Source: Candidatus Krumholzibacteriota bacterium
Lineage (GTDB): Bacteria > Krumholzibacteriota > Krumholzibacteriia > JAJRXK01
DNA length: 64,000 bases
Assembly: GCA_963806035.1 (NCBI GenBank)
Contig: CAWDWO010000035.1
Coordinates: 1 to 64,000 of the forward strand
Direction: 5' to 3'
Below are positions 50,295 through 59,882 of this stretch, in pieces (within the stretch, counting starts at the first letter, position 1; every line of letters begins with the position of its first letter). The position numbers and the translations under genes are program-made. The notes beneath the pieces are model-generated. The model had not been told where the DNA came from. It ran no database searches and saw only the letters and a program-made list of their open reading frames with translations.

Positions 50295-51569
50295 TCAGCG
50301 GGTCTTCAGCCGGATGCGCATGGTGCTGCCCTGCCCGGGCTCGGTCCAGGCCACATCGACACTGCCCCCGTGATATTCGTCCACGATTCGCTTCACCAGT
50401 ACCAGTCCCAAACCCCAACCTCCCTCTCGTGTCGAAAAACCGGGCGCGAAGACCCGCCGTTGCACCGCCGGCGTCATGCCCTTCCCGTTGTCGGTGACCG
50501 TGATCACCACTTTCATGTCTTCCGAATCGTAAAGGCAGGAAACCTTGACCAGGCCCCGATCCTTGTCGATTGCGTCCAGGGCGTTCTTGATGAGGTTCTC
50601 CAGGGCCCACTCCAGGAGTTCCGGATTGACCGGCGCGAGCGGAGTCTCCTCCACGGAACTGATGATCTCCACGTGGCTCTTGAGATGAGGCAAGCGGCGG
50701 CGGAAATAGGCGCAGGCATTCTCCACGAGTTGATCCACGCGCGTCGACACGAGCTTGGGTCGGCTGCCGATTTGGGAGAAGCGATCGGACACTTTGGCGA
50801 GTCGCGCGTGGTCGCGCTCGAGCTCCTTGAGCACCTGAGAGCGGTCCACCGTGGAAGCGGGTTCATCCGCGCGTTCTTCGCCCGCCGCGTTCTCTTCACT
50901 CAAGAGCGCGAGCCACCCGCTCATGCTGGTGAGCGGAGTGCCCATCTGGTGGGCGGTCTCCTTGGCCATCCCCACCCAGAGGCTGCGTTCCTCACTGCGT
51001 TTGAGATTGCGGAAAGCGACCAGGGCCACTCCCATGAAGGCCAAGATGAGTGCCGCTTCGAGCAGGGGCATGATCGTCAGCCGCCGCGTGAGTTCGTTCT
51101 CGCCGTAGTGCAGATAGAAAATGGTTCCGCCGTGGGGATCGGTGACGTTCAACGGCTGACGGTGACGGTCGAATTCCGCCACTCTCGCCAGCAACTTTTT
51201 CAGAACCGGATCATGGGGATCTTGCGGGTTTTCGCTCTGAAAGGCGCCGGGGTTGTCCGGAAGAGCAATGCCGACCTGGCTCACGTTCCAAAACACCGGC
51301 AGGCCGGCCGCGTCGGTCATGATGACCGGTACGGAGAGTTCATCCATGGCTTCGCGCAGTTCGCGGAGTTGCTCAGGATTTTCCGAAAGGAGACGCTCGG
51401 CGGCGAGGTCCGCCAAGAGACGGGTCGTCAGTCCCGCCTGGCGCTCCACCTCCCGGTTGAGATTGAGGGAGAAGACCACGATCGCCAGGACGATGACCGC
51501 CAGTCCCAAGAGCAGGTAGCTCTTGAGGAGCGCCCTCACCGTGGGACCTCGCAAGACCGCGGATGGCAT
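50295..51569 (-). CDS. Membrane sensor histidine kinase
   Basis: Two TM helices; H-box ETAHQMGTPL, ENLIKNA, DNGKG, GFST, GLGL. Confidence 0.93.
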   Translation of the reverse strand: MPSAVLRGPTVRALLKSYLLLGLAVIVLAIVVFSLNLNREVERQAGLTTRLLADLAAERLLSENPEQLRELREAMDELSVPVIMTDAAGLPVFWNVSQVGIALPDNPGAFQSENPQDPHDPVLKKLLARVAEFDRHRQPLNVTDPHGGTIFYLHYGENELTRRLTIMPLLEAALILAFMGVALVAFRNLKRSEERSLWVGMAKETAHQMGTPLTSMSGWLALLSEENAAGEERADEPASTVDRSQVLKELERDHARLAKVSDRFSQIGSRPKLVSTRVDQLVENACAYFRRRLPHLKSHVEIISSVEETPLAPVNPELLEWALENLIKNALDAIDKDRGLVKVSCLYDSEDMKVVITVTDNGKGMTPAVQRRVFAPGFSTREGGWGLGLVLVKRIVDEYHGGSVDVAWTEPGQGSTMRIRLKTR

Positions 51570-51585
51570 GACTCTCAAGCCCCGT

Positions 51586-52848
51586 TCAGCCGATGTATTC
51601 CAGGCCCCCCATGTAGGGCCGCAGAACCTCAGGGACGCGGATCTTGCCCGTGCCCGTGAGATGGTTCTCCATGATCGCGACGAGAACGCGCGGAAGCGCG
51701 AGCCCGCTACCGTTGAGCGTGTGCACGAAGACGGGCTTCTCCCCCTTCTCCCGCCGCCAACGAATCTGCGCCCGCCGCGCCTGGAAATCGCGGAAATTGC
51801 TGCACGAGCTCACTTCGAGCCAGGCGTCGACACCCGGGGAATAGACTTCCAGATCGTAGCACTTGGCGGCGGCGAAGGAGAGGTCTCCGGTGGCAAGCTT
51901 CACCACGCGGTAGGGCAACTCCAAAGCCTCCAGTAGATCCGTCGCGTTCGTCACCAGTTCTTCCAGTTCGCGTTCGCTGTCTTCCGGGCGGCAGAAGCGG
52001 ACCATCTCCACCTTGTGAAATTGATGGACGCGCAGCATGCCGCGGGTGTCCTTGCCCGCGCTGCCTGCCTCGCGGCGGAAGCAGGGGCTGAACGAGACGT
52101 AGCGGCGCGGCAGGTCCTCGGGGGCCAGGATGCTCTCACGATGGATGTTGGTCACCGAGACCTCAGCGGTGGGAATGAGCCACAGCCCGTCCTGCATGGT
52201 CTGATACATGTCCTCGGCCAGTTTGGGCAGCTGGCCCGTGCCCCGCACCGAGTGGTCGCGAACCAGATAGGGCGCGTTGATTTCCTGATAGCCTTGCTCC
52301 AAGTGTACGTCGAGAAACCAGTTGATGAGCGCGCGTTCGAGCCGGGCACCCGCGCCCTTGAGCAGAATGAAGCCGCTGCCGCTCATGCGGGCGGCGGCCT
52401 CCAGATCCATCAGCCCCAAGCGCTCCCCGGTCTCCCAGTGCGGCTTGGCGTAGTCCGGCTTCTTCGGCTCGCCCCAGCTACGGATCGTCTCGTTGGCCTC
52501 TTCGCCGCCGCGCGGGACATCGGAGTCGGGAAGATTCGGGATGCTCAGCTCCAGCCTCGAGAGCTCTTCTTCGAGCTCGACGAGTCGTCCCTCTCCCTCC
52601 TTGATCTCGTCCGAGACCTTCTTCATGGCAGCGATGGCCGCGCTGGCATCCTGGCCGCTCTTCTTGGCCTCGCCGATCTCCTGGGAAGCCTGGTTGCGCC
52701 GGGCTCTCAGCGCCTCCACTTCCACCAAGAGCTCGCGCCGCTTGAGGTCGGCGGAGAGGAAGTCGTCCAGCTCGGCGGCCTCGTGCTTGTCGATGATTCC
52801 CTGACGTACTTCGGCTTCGTGTTCGCGAATGAAGCGGCGGTCGAGCAC
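51586..52848 (-). CDS. serS: Serine--tRNA ligase
   Basis: N-terminal coiled coil, LIPTAEV, CFRREAGS, RVHQF.KVE, EVSSCS, TLNGSGLA; GTG start after GGGAG. Confidence 0.97.
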   Translation of the reverse strand: MLDRRFIREHEAEVRQGIIDKHEAAELDDFLSADLKRRELLVEVEALRARRNQASQEIGEAKKSGQDASAAIAAMKKVSDEIKEGEGRLVELEEELSRLELSIPNLPDSDVPRGGEEANETIRSWGEPKKPDYAKPHWETGERLGLMDLEAAARMSGSGFILLKGAGARLERALINWFLDVHLEQGYQEINAPYLVRDHSVRGTGQLPKLAEDMYQTMQDGLWLIPTAEVSVTNIHRESILAPEDLPRRYVSFSPCFRREAGSAGKDTRGMLRVHQFHKVEMVRFCRPEDSERELEELVTNATDLLEALELPYRVVKLATGDLSFAAAKCYDLEVYSPGVDAWLEVSSCSNFRDFQARRAQIRWRREKGEKPVFVHTLNGSGLALPRVLVAIMENHLTGTGKIRVPEVLRPYMGGLEYIG

Positions 52849-52978
52849 GATGAATCTCCCGATTGCTTGCGTTGCGCTTGGAGCTGGGGTATGAAAAGCC
52901 CTGGCATCCACTTCGCGCACCAAGCTAGCCGAGGGCGGCCCGCCCAAGCAAGGGATCATCGAACGGAAGGGCTCGAGC

Positions 52979-53734
<756 letters not shown>

Positions 53735-53797
53735 GCTGCGGGAAGTCACTTCAGCCCACCGCTTCGAATCCAGTCACGAGCTTCAGGAGGATGAGAA

Positions 53798-54406
53798 GTG
53801 AATGCGGAAACTTCTGCCTTCCAACAACATCTCAAACCGGACGAAGTGCGCGAACGTCTCGTCGAGCTGGGCGCCATCCTCCAGGGGCACTTCAAGCTGA
53901 GCAGCGGGCTGCACAGCGACCACTACTTCCAGTGCGCCAAGGTCTTGCAATATCCGGATCTGGCCAAGGAACTCGGCAGACTCCTGGCCGAGCAGTGCAA
54001 CGAGCTGGAGATCGATCTGGTTCTCTCACCGGCCGTGGGAGGAATCCTCATTGGTCACGAAGTGGCGCGCGCGCTGGGCCGGCGTCACGTGTTCTGCGAA
54101 CGCAAAGAGGGGAAACTGCAACTGCGCCGCGGATTCACGCTGCGCAAAGGCGAATCCGCACTGCTGGTGGATGACGTTCTCACCCGGGGAACTTCCCTGC
54201 AGGAGATGCGAACTCTGGTGGAGAGCCACGAGGGAAGCGCCAAGTCCATCGCAGTGATCGTGGACCGGCGCGAGGCTCAGCTCACGATCGATCTCCCCGT
54301 GCACTGCCTGCTCAGAGAAGAACTCCGCACATTCGAAGCAAGGCGGTGCCCCCTCTGCAAGAGCGGTGAACCCCTGGAGGCGCCGGGCTCCCGCCATGAC
54401 GCCTGA
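53798..54406 (+). CDS. pyrE: Orotate phosphoribosyltransferase
   Basis: GHFKLSSGLHS..Y.Q, VDDVLTRG, PGSR. Confidence 0.94.
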   Translation: MNAETSAFQQHLKPDEVRERLVELGAILQGHFKLSSGLHSDHYFQCAKVLQYPDLAKELGRLLAEQCNELEIDLVLSPAVGGILIGHEVARALGRRHVFCERKEGKLQLRRGFTLRKGESALLVDDVLTRGTSLQEMRTLVESHEGSAKSIAVIVDRREAQLTIDLPVHCLLREELRTFEARRCPLCKSGEPLEAPGSRHDA

Positions 54407-56498
54407 ACGCAACGATCGCCTCGCACAGCTCTTCTGGGGCCTGGCGATCGCGCTTCTGATCTTCTCCAGCATTTATGCGCTGATGGTTTGGCGCGCCCCG
54501 AACTCCGACCGTTACGACTACGCGGGAAGGGCCTATCAATTCACCCAGGGGCACCAGCTCTCCACCCTCATCGTCTATCCCTTGAGGATGAGCTTCCCCG
54601 GCCATGAGACATGGCCGCCTTCGAACCTCACGCGCCCGCCTCTGTGGCCCGTGCTCTTGATTCCGGGGCTTCGCTTCGGGCTGGGAGCGCAGAGCGGAGT
54701 GATCGTCTCCGCCTTCCTCACCGCGCTCCTCTTGTGGTTCTTCGGCGCGGCGCTGCGGCCCTTCGGCAAGCTGGCCGGCGGCTTCGCCGCGCTCGCCTTC
54801 ATGTCCTCCTTCACCACCTGGAGAATCGTCGCCGAAGCGGGACCCGAAATCGCGATGGGCTTGATCGTCCTCATCCTGTGGAACTTCAAGCCCAAGGGGA
54901 AAGGTGCCTGGGTCCATCTCGCGTGCGGATGTCTGTACGGGCTCTTGCCGCTGCTGCACCCGACGGGTTGGCTCATGGCCGCCGCGGCTTTTGTCGCGCG
55001 GCCGGGCCGTTACGAGCGGGCCGGCCTCCTCGTCCTCTTGGGCGGCGCCCTCACCGCCGGCCCCTGGTATCTGCACGTTTGGTTGACGACCGGCAACCCC
55101 CTGGGACTCATGCAGTCCTACGCCGAGCTGGCGCGCAATTTGGACGCGCCGGGCGGACTGGGCGCCTATCGCGGACTGGTCCCCATCCCCACTGCCCAAG
55201 TTCTCGCCGAGAGAGGCGCCGAAGTGGCCCGGCTGGGAGTTCATCATTTGAAGATGCACCTCTTGCAATTCAATCACTGGCTGAGCTGGCCTCTGGTGTT
55301 CCTGGCGCTGTGGGGAGCCAAGCAGCACATTCGTCTCGCTCTGTGGGATGCGTGTCTGGGGATCGCGGTCTTTTCGATCCTCTCCCCCTGGAGCGCCGAA
55401 TTTCGTCCTCTGCTCCCCCTGCTGCCCATCGCCTGCCTCTGGGTCGGACGCGGCATGGCGCGGCTCGCGCAGAGCTTTCAGCCGGCCGTCGTCCTCTGCG
55501 TGGGCCTGCTCGCGATCTTCGGCCCCTGGCTCGTGCCGCCTCAGGCCAGTGCCACTCTGTTCACCGACGCGCGCACCTGGCCGCTCACGGTGCGCCATCC
55601 GGGCCAGGAGATCGTGCGCGAGCTGAAAAATGCGGGAGAGCCGGGTTCGCCCTTCTTCTGCGACAGCTCGGTGCTCGCCTTCGAAGCGCGCCGCGCCTGT
55701 GTCTTCTTGCCCGAGACTCCGGAGATCCTGCGTCAGCTGCAGCAAAAGGAAGCCCTGCGCGGCGCGCGGATCATCGCTCTGGGCGAGGGAAGAGCCTCAC
55801 GCTGGGCAACGGGACCGCAGTGGAGTGCTTTTCTGGACAGCTGCCGCGTCCTGGCGAACGAATTCGAAGGCGCGCTGATCTTGGAGACCCCCGTGCCGGG
55901 GGACAGCAGCCTGGTACCCGAGGAGCCGACCGCGCCCGAGGAGCTGCCGGCGCCCGAGCAGCCGCCCGCGCCCGCGGATTCCAGCTCCGTGCGCATCCGC
56001 GTGGACCAGACCCATCCCCTGCCCGCGGATTTCGTTCCTCCCGATCTTCTCGAGATTCCGGTGCCTCCCGCCTCGCGTCAGCACCTGCAACTGCGCCGCG
56101 ATGCCCTGGCCGCGCTGCTGCGCATGGTCGATGCGGCCAAGGAGGACGGTGTGCAGCTGCGCGTGGTCAGCGCGTACCGCTCCTACGCGCGCCAAAAAGT
56201 GCTCTACGAACGGGCCCAAAGCCGCTACGGAGAAGCGCAGCGTTGGGTGGCGGCTCCCGGCACCAGCGAACACCAACTCGGCACCACGGTCGACTTCGCC
56301 GACGCCGCCCTGAAACATGCGGTCGACCCCTCCTTCGCGCAGACCGAGGAGGGACTCTGGCTGAAGTCCCACGCGCGGGACTTCGGCTTCGATCTGAGCT
56401 ATCCGCCCGCGACGGCCGAGAGCAAGGGCTACCATCCCGAAGCGTGGCACTACCGTTACCTGGCGAATCAGGGGCGCGAGAAGGAGCGCAGACCATGA
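54396..56498 (+). CDS. GT-C (ArnT/PMT-like) membrane glycosyltransferase fused to M15B (VanY-like) D,D-carboxypeptidase
   Basis: DRYDYAGRA...G, RPPLWP and about 10-13 hydrophobic segments; Pro/Glu linker; SAYRSY..Q, SEHQLGTTVD, EAWHYRY. Confidence 0.78.
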   Translation: MTPERNDRLAQLFWGLAIALLIFSSIYALMVWRAPNSDRYDYAGRAYQFTQGHQLSTLIVYPLRMSFPGHETWPPSNLTRPPLWPVLLIPGLRFGLGAQSGVIVSAFLTALLLWFFGAALRPFGKLAGGFAALAFMSSFTTWRIVAEAGPEIAMGLIVLILWNFKPKGKGAWVHLACGCLYGLLPLLHPTGWLMAAAAFVARPGRYERAGLLVLLGGALTAGPWYLHVWLTTGNPLGLMQSYAELARNLDAPGGLGAYRGLVPIPTAQVLAERGAEVARLGVHHLKMHLLQFNHWLSWPLVFLALWGAKQHIRLALWDACLGIAVFSILSPWSAEFRPLLPLLPIACLWVGRGMARLAQSFQPAVVLCVGLLAIFGPWLVPPQASATLFTDARTWPLTVRHPGQEIVRELKNAGEPGSPFFCDSSVLAFEARRACVFLPETPEILRQLQQKEALRGARIIALGEGRASRWATGPQWSAFLDSCRVLANEFEGALILETPVPGDSSLVPEEPTAPEELPAPEQPPAPADSSSVRIRVDQTHPLPADFVPPDLLEIPVPPASRQHLQLRRDALAALLRMVDAAKEDGVQLRVVSAYRSYARQKVLYERAQSRYGEAQRWVAAPGTSEHQLGTTVDFADAALKHAVDPSFAQTEEGLWLKSHARDFGFDLSYPPATAESKGYHPEAWHYRYLANQGREKERRP

Positions 56499-57349
56499 GC
56501 CGGCTGACCCTGTTCTTCGCTGTGGGACTGGGCCGGCGCTTCGTGCAGAAGGGGACGATGCCCTGGCTCAGCTCGGCGCTGGATCCGCGGCGCGTCGCTG
56601 AATTGGTTCCGAGCTTTCCCTGCTTGCCCGAGGTGGTGATGTTCTCGGCCCTGTGCGGTCAGAGTCCGGCGCTGCACGGCCGCGTCCTCTCACAGGACAC
56701 GGGGAATTCGCCGCTCGAAGCACCTTCGGTGGCGGAGTTCGCGCCACAGCTGCGGATGCGGATCGACGCGCGCTTGCTCGAAGCGGCTCGCGCCGAAGGA
56801 CTCGATTCCGCCTCCCGCTCACGCAAAGCTCGCGAGCTGGACGAGGAGCTCCACACACTCTTCGAGTCGCGGCAGGAGGGCGAAGTACTGCTTTTGGCCG
56901 GTGTCGCCGGCGCGCGGGCGGCAAGAGAGCGCATCGCGTGGGAAGAGCTTGCCTGCAGCGTCGAAGCTGAAGTGGAAGTCGAGAGTGCAGTCCTGCGCCT
57001 TCGCAGCGCGCAGGCCACACGGCGCGCGGAAATGCGCGAGGCACTGTTGCGCCTGCAGGGAGTGGAACGCGTGCTCCGTGACGAGGCACTCGCGGCCTTG
57101 CACCTCCCCACGGAAAATGGGGAACTGCTCTTGGCTCTCGCGCGTGAGGGATTCAGTTTCGCAGAGGAGAGGGCTTCGGTGGGAAGCTACGAATGCCCGC
57201 CGGGGGAAGAGGGGGTTTTCGTGGGCTTGGGTTGCCGCGCCCAAACGAGTTGGCCCAGCAAACTCCACGCGCTGCGTCTCGCCCCCAGCGTGGCCGCCCA
57301 CCTGGGGCGCGCCACCGCGGGCTACGCGGACCGGCCCTTTGCCCTGTGA
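56495..57349 (+). CDS. Degenerate alkaline-phosphatase/nucleotide pyrophosphatase-family protein
   Basis: ATGA overlap with the previous gene; LVPSFPC...GQSPALHG resembles the family N-terminal motif, but metal ligands are not evident. Confidence 0.5.
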   Translation: MSRLTLFFAVGLGRRFVQKGTMPWLSSALDPRRVAELVPSFPCLPEVVMFSALCGQSPALHGRVLSQDTGNSPLEAPSVAEFAPQLRMRIDARLLEAARAEGLDSASRSRKARELDEELHTLFESRQEGEVLLLAGVAGARAARERIAWEELACSVEAEVEVESAVLRLRSAQATRRAEMREALLRLQGVERVLRDEALAALHLPTENGELLLALAREGFSFAEERASVGSYECPPGEEGVFVGLGCRAQTSWPSKLHALRLAPSVAAHLGRATAGYADRPFAL

Positions 57350-57575
57350 GGGTGCTTCGAGCATTCCCCCGCCACTTTTTCGGGGACGGTTTCTGAGCCT
57401 GCCAAGCACCTGCCAGTTTGGCAGTCCCGTTCAAGATCTTGCTAGTAAAGAAGTTGCTAAATAAGCTGGCCTGCTCTCGCAAGCTCCCGCCGCAAGGCGA
57501 GTTCCACGATTTTCACTGCAGCTGGAGGAAAACCCCGATTTCTTCTAGCCAGCTCCGATCGGGTAAACTATGCTC

Positions 57576-57703
57576 TACTTTGCGGGCTGCCTCCTATTGG
57601 CCACTCGGTTCGGCTAACCACGTTTAAAATCCGGGACAGCCTTCGAGGCGGCTCGCACTAAAGATTGAAAAAGGCCCGGGACGAAAGTCCCGGGCCTTTT
57701 TTT
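57576..57703 (+). ncRNA. Candidate small RNA (~128 nt)
   Basis: -10-like TAAACT at 57564-57569; 13-bp stem 57581-57593/57645-57657 whose G-U pairs work only on the + strand; ends in a U-tract terminator. Confidence 0.5.
57668..57703. terminator. Bidirectional rho-independent terminator
   Basis: AAAAAGGCCCGGGAC-GAAA-GTCCCGGGCCTTTTTTT. Confidence 0.9.
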
Positions 57704-57722
57704 CTGCGACGCGCGCAGACGC

Positions 57723-59882
57723 TCAGCTCTGCGGCTTCTCGAAGATCGAAGTATCGATCTTCGGGTTGACCTCGATGCTCTGTGTTTCCACGCTCATCAG
57801 CGGTTCGCCGCCGTGCGTGACGTCCACCTTCTGCGCGAAGAGAATTCCCCCGTAATCCTTCCAATCGCTGAAGGTCGATACCTGCAGGCCCATGGTCTGC
57901 GTGATCATGTGCTTGGCCATGTCCGCCTGCTCGATCGGCATGTGCGTGCTCGGATCGAAGTAGAGCTTGACCCACTTCTCGTCGCTCAGCCACACCAGCA
58001 CGACATCCGCCTTGGTATCACCCACCATTTCGGAGGGAAGCGCCTGGAGTTGGAAAGAGTCGAAGTGCCCCGTGAGATAGTGGACATCTTCGATGATTCC
58101 CTCCCTCTGCTTCGCGGCCTGCTCCTCCCCCATGTCCTGGATGCCCTGCGGACCCTTGGCCCACGCGCCGTCGGCGGATACCGCCTGCACCATGTTGCCC
58201 ATGGGCATGCTGATCTCCACCCTCGCGCTGTTGGGATAGAGCGTCCACGAATTCAGGCCGATGTTGATGCTCATTCCCTGCACGTTCAGATTGGCCTTGT
58301 CCTGGCGATGCAGGCTCGAGAGCTTGGCGAGCTTCTCGCCTCCGAGAGCTTTCATGGCCGCGGACATGATGGAGTGGCCCTTCTCGATCGACTCCGCCGT
58401 GGCCTCGGGGAACTCGGGTCCCTTCGGTTCGGGGATACTGATGTCCAGGTCCTCCACCGGCCCGAACTCGGTCAGATCGCCGTCCCATTCCGACTTCTTG
58501 CCCACCGCGACGATCGCGAAATCCTCCGGATGCACGCGGCGCTGCGCCACGTCCTGCACGTCCTTCGCGTTGACGGCGCGGATCTTGTCGGGATACTGCT
58601 GCAGGAAGTCGCTGGGGTAGCCCAGGAAATCGTAGGTCTGCAGACGGGTCAGGGTTTGGCTCTTGCGAACGAAGTTAAAGACATACGAATTGAGCATGGC
58701 TTCCTTGGCCTTGCTCAGTTCGTCCTGACTCACCTCGGATTCACGGATCTTGTCCACCTGGTTGAGCACCGCTCCCAGGGCCTTGTCCACCGTGGAGTTT
58801 TTGGTTCCGCAGTAGGTCATGAAGGTGCCCTTGTGCGCCATCCCCACTCCCGCGGAGCTCCCCACGGTATAGGCCAGGCCCAGGTTGCTGCGGACTTCGT
58901 TGAACAGCCGCGAGGAGAAACCTCCGCCCAGGATCCGGTTCATCACGATCATCGAATAGTAATCGGGATCGTCCATCTTCATGCCCACTTGCCCCGCCGC
59001 GAACCAACTCTGGGTCACATCGTCCTTGTTCGCGATCAGCACACGGCGTGTCTGCTCTTTGGGCGCCTTGGGCAGGGAGGGAATGGGATTGTCCACCCTC
59101 TTCCATCCGCTGAACTGGTCCTTCAGTTCCGCCAGCATCTCCTTCGAATCGAAGTCTCCCCACACCGCGAGCATCATGTTCTCGGGGTGATAGAAGTACT
59201 GGTAGAAGTCCACCAGGTCGTCGCGCGTGATGGCGTCGATGGTGGCGTACTCGGTATTGCGCGCGTAGGGGTGATCCGGGCCCCAGATCGCCTTGGGGAT
59301 CTCACGGCGCAGGATCGACATGAGCTCGTCGTTGCGGCGCGCGATGGCCGCGCGCTGCGAGGTCTTGGCCAGATCGATCTTGGCGTCCTCGAAGGCGGGA
59401 TGCTGCAGAATGTCGCTCACCAGCTCCAGCCCGCGCTTGGCATCCTTGCGCAGGAAGGAGAAGTTCACGGTGCCGCGAGTATCATCCACGGAACTCTCGA
59501 TCGAAGCGCCCATGCCCGCGAGCAAGTCGTCCAGATCGTCGCCGCTCATGGTTTCGGTACCGCCGGTACGCAGCACCTCGCCTTCGATCTCGGCCAGACC
59601 GACTTTCGCGGCCGGCTCGTACACCGAGCCGGTGCGAATCAGGACCCGGCCCTCGACCAGGGGCCAATCGTGATCTTCCATGAGGTAGATCACCATGCCG
59701 TTGTCCAGTTCGTACCGTTGGTAATCTTTGCCCAGCTCGGGAACTTTCACTTTCCCCAATTCGGGGTAATCAAAACTCTCCCATGGCCGACTGGCCGCGC
59801 TGGCGCTCGAAACGAGCAAAAGGGGAAAGAGGACGGCCACGGCAAGCGCGGCCGATAGGCTCCGGCTTACTCTAGCTCGCAT
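57723..59882 (-). CDS. M16 peptidase non-catalytic subunit with extra C-terminal beta-rich domain
   Basis: Signal peptide; LDNGM..Y; lacks HxxEH; ILGGGFSSRLF.EVR..LGLAY; ~230-aa extension. Confidence 0.85.
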   Translation of the reverse strand: MRARVSRSLSAALAVAVLFPLLLVSSASAASRPWESFDYPELGKVKVPELGKDYQRYELDNGMVIYLMEDHDWPLVEGRVLIRTGSVYEPAAKVGLAEIEGEVLRTGGTETMSGDDLDDLLAGMGASIESSVDDTRGTVNFSFLRKDAKRGLELVSDILQHPAFEDAKIDLAKTSQRAAIARRNDELMSILRREIPKAIWGPDHPYARNTEYATIDAITRDDLVDFYQYFYHPENMMLAVWGDFDSKEMLAELKDQFSGWKRVDNPIPSLPKAPKEQTRRVLIANKDDVTQSWFAAGQVGMKMDDPDYYSMIVMNRILGGGFSSRLFNEVRSNLGLAYTVGSSAGVGMAHKGTFMTYCGTKNSTVDKALGAVLNQVDKIRESEVSQDELSKAKEAMLNSYVFNFVRKSQTLTRLQTYDFLGYPSDFLQQYPDKIRAVNAKDVQDVAQRRVHPEDFAIVAVGKKSEWDGDLTEFGPVEDLDISIPEPKGPEFPEATAESIEKGHSIMSAAMKALGGEKLAKLSSLHRQDKANLNVQGMSINIGLNSWTLYPNSARVEISMPMGNMVQAVSADGAWAKGPQGIQDMGEEQAAKQREGIIEDVHYLTGHFDSFQLQALPSEMVGDTKADVVLVWLSDEKWVKLYFDPSTHMPIEQADMAKHMITQTMGLQVSTFSDWKDYGGILFAQKVDVTHGGEPLMSVETQSIEVNPKIDTSIFEKPQS

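Noticed and set aside
54611..56494. 912-aa ORF 54611..57349 as one gene
   Set aside because: The 5' two-thirds is an Arg/Ala-rich alternate frame of the GT-VanY gene; only 56495-57349 looks coding
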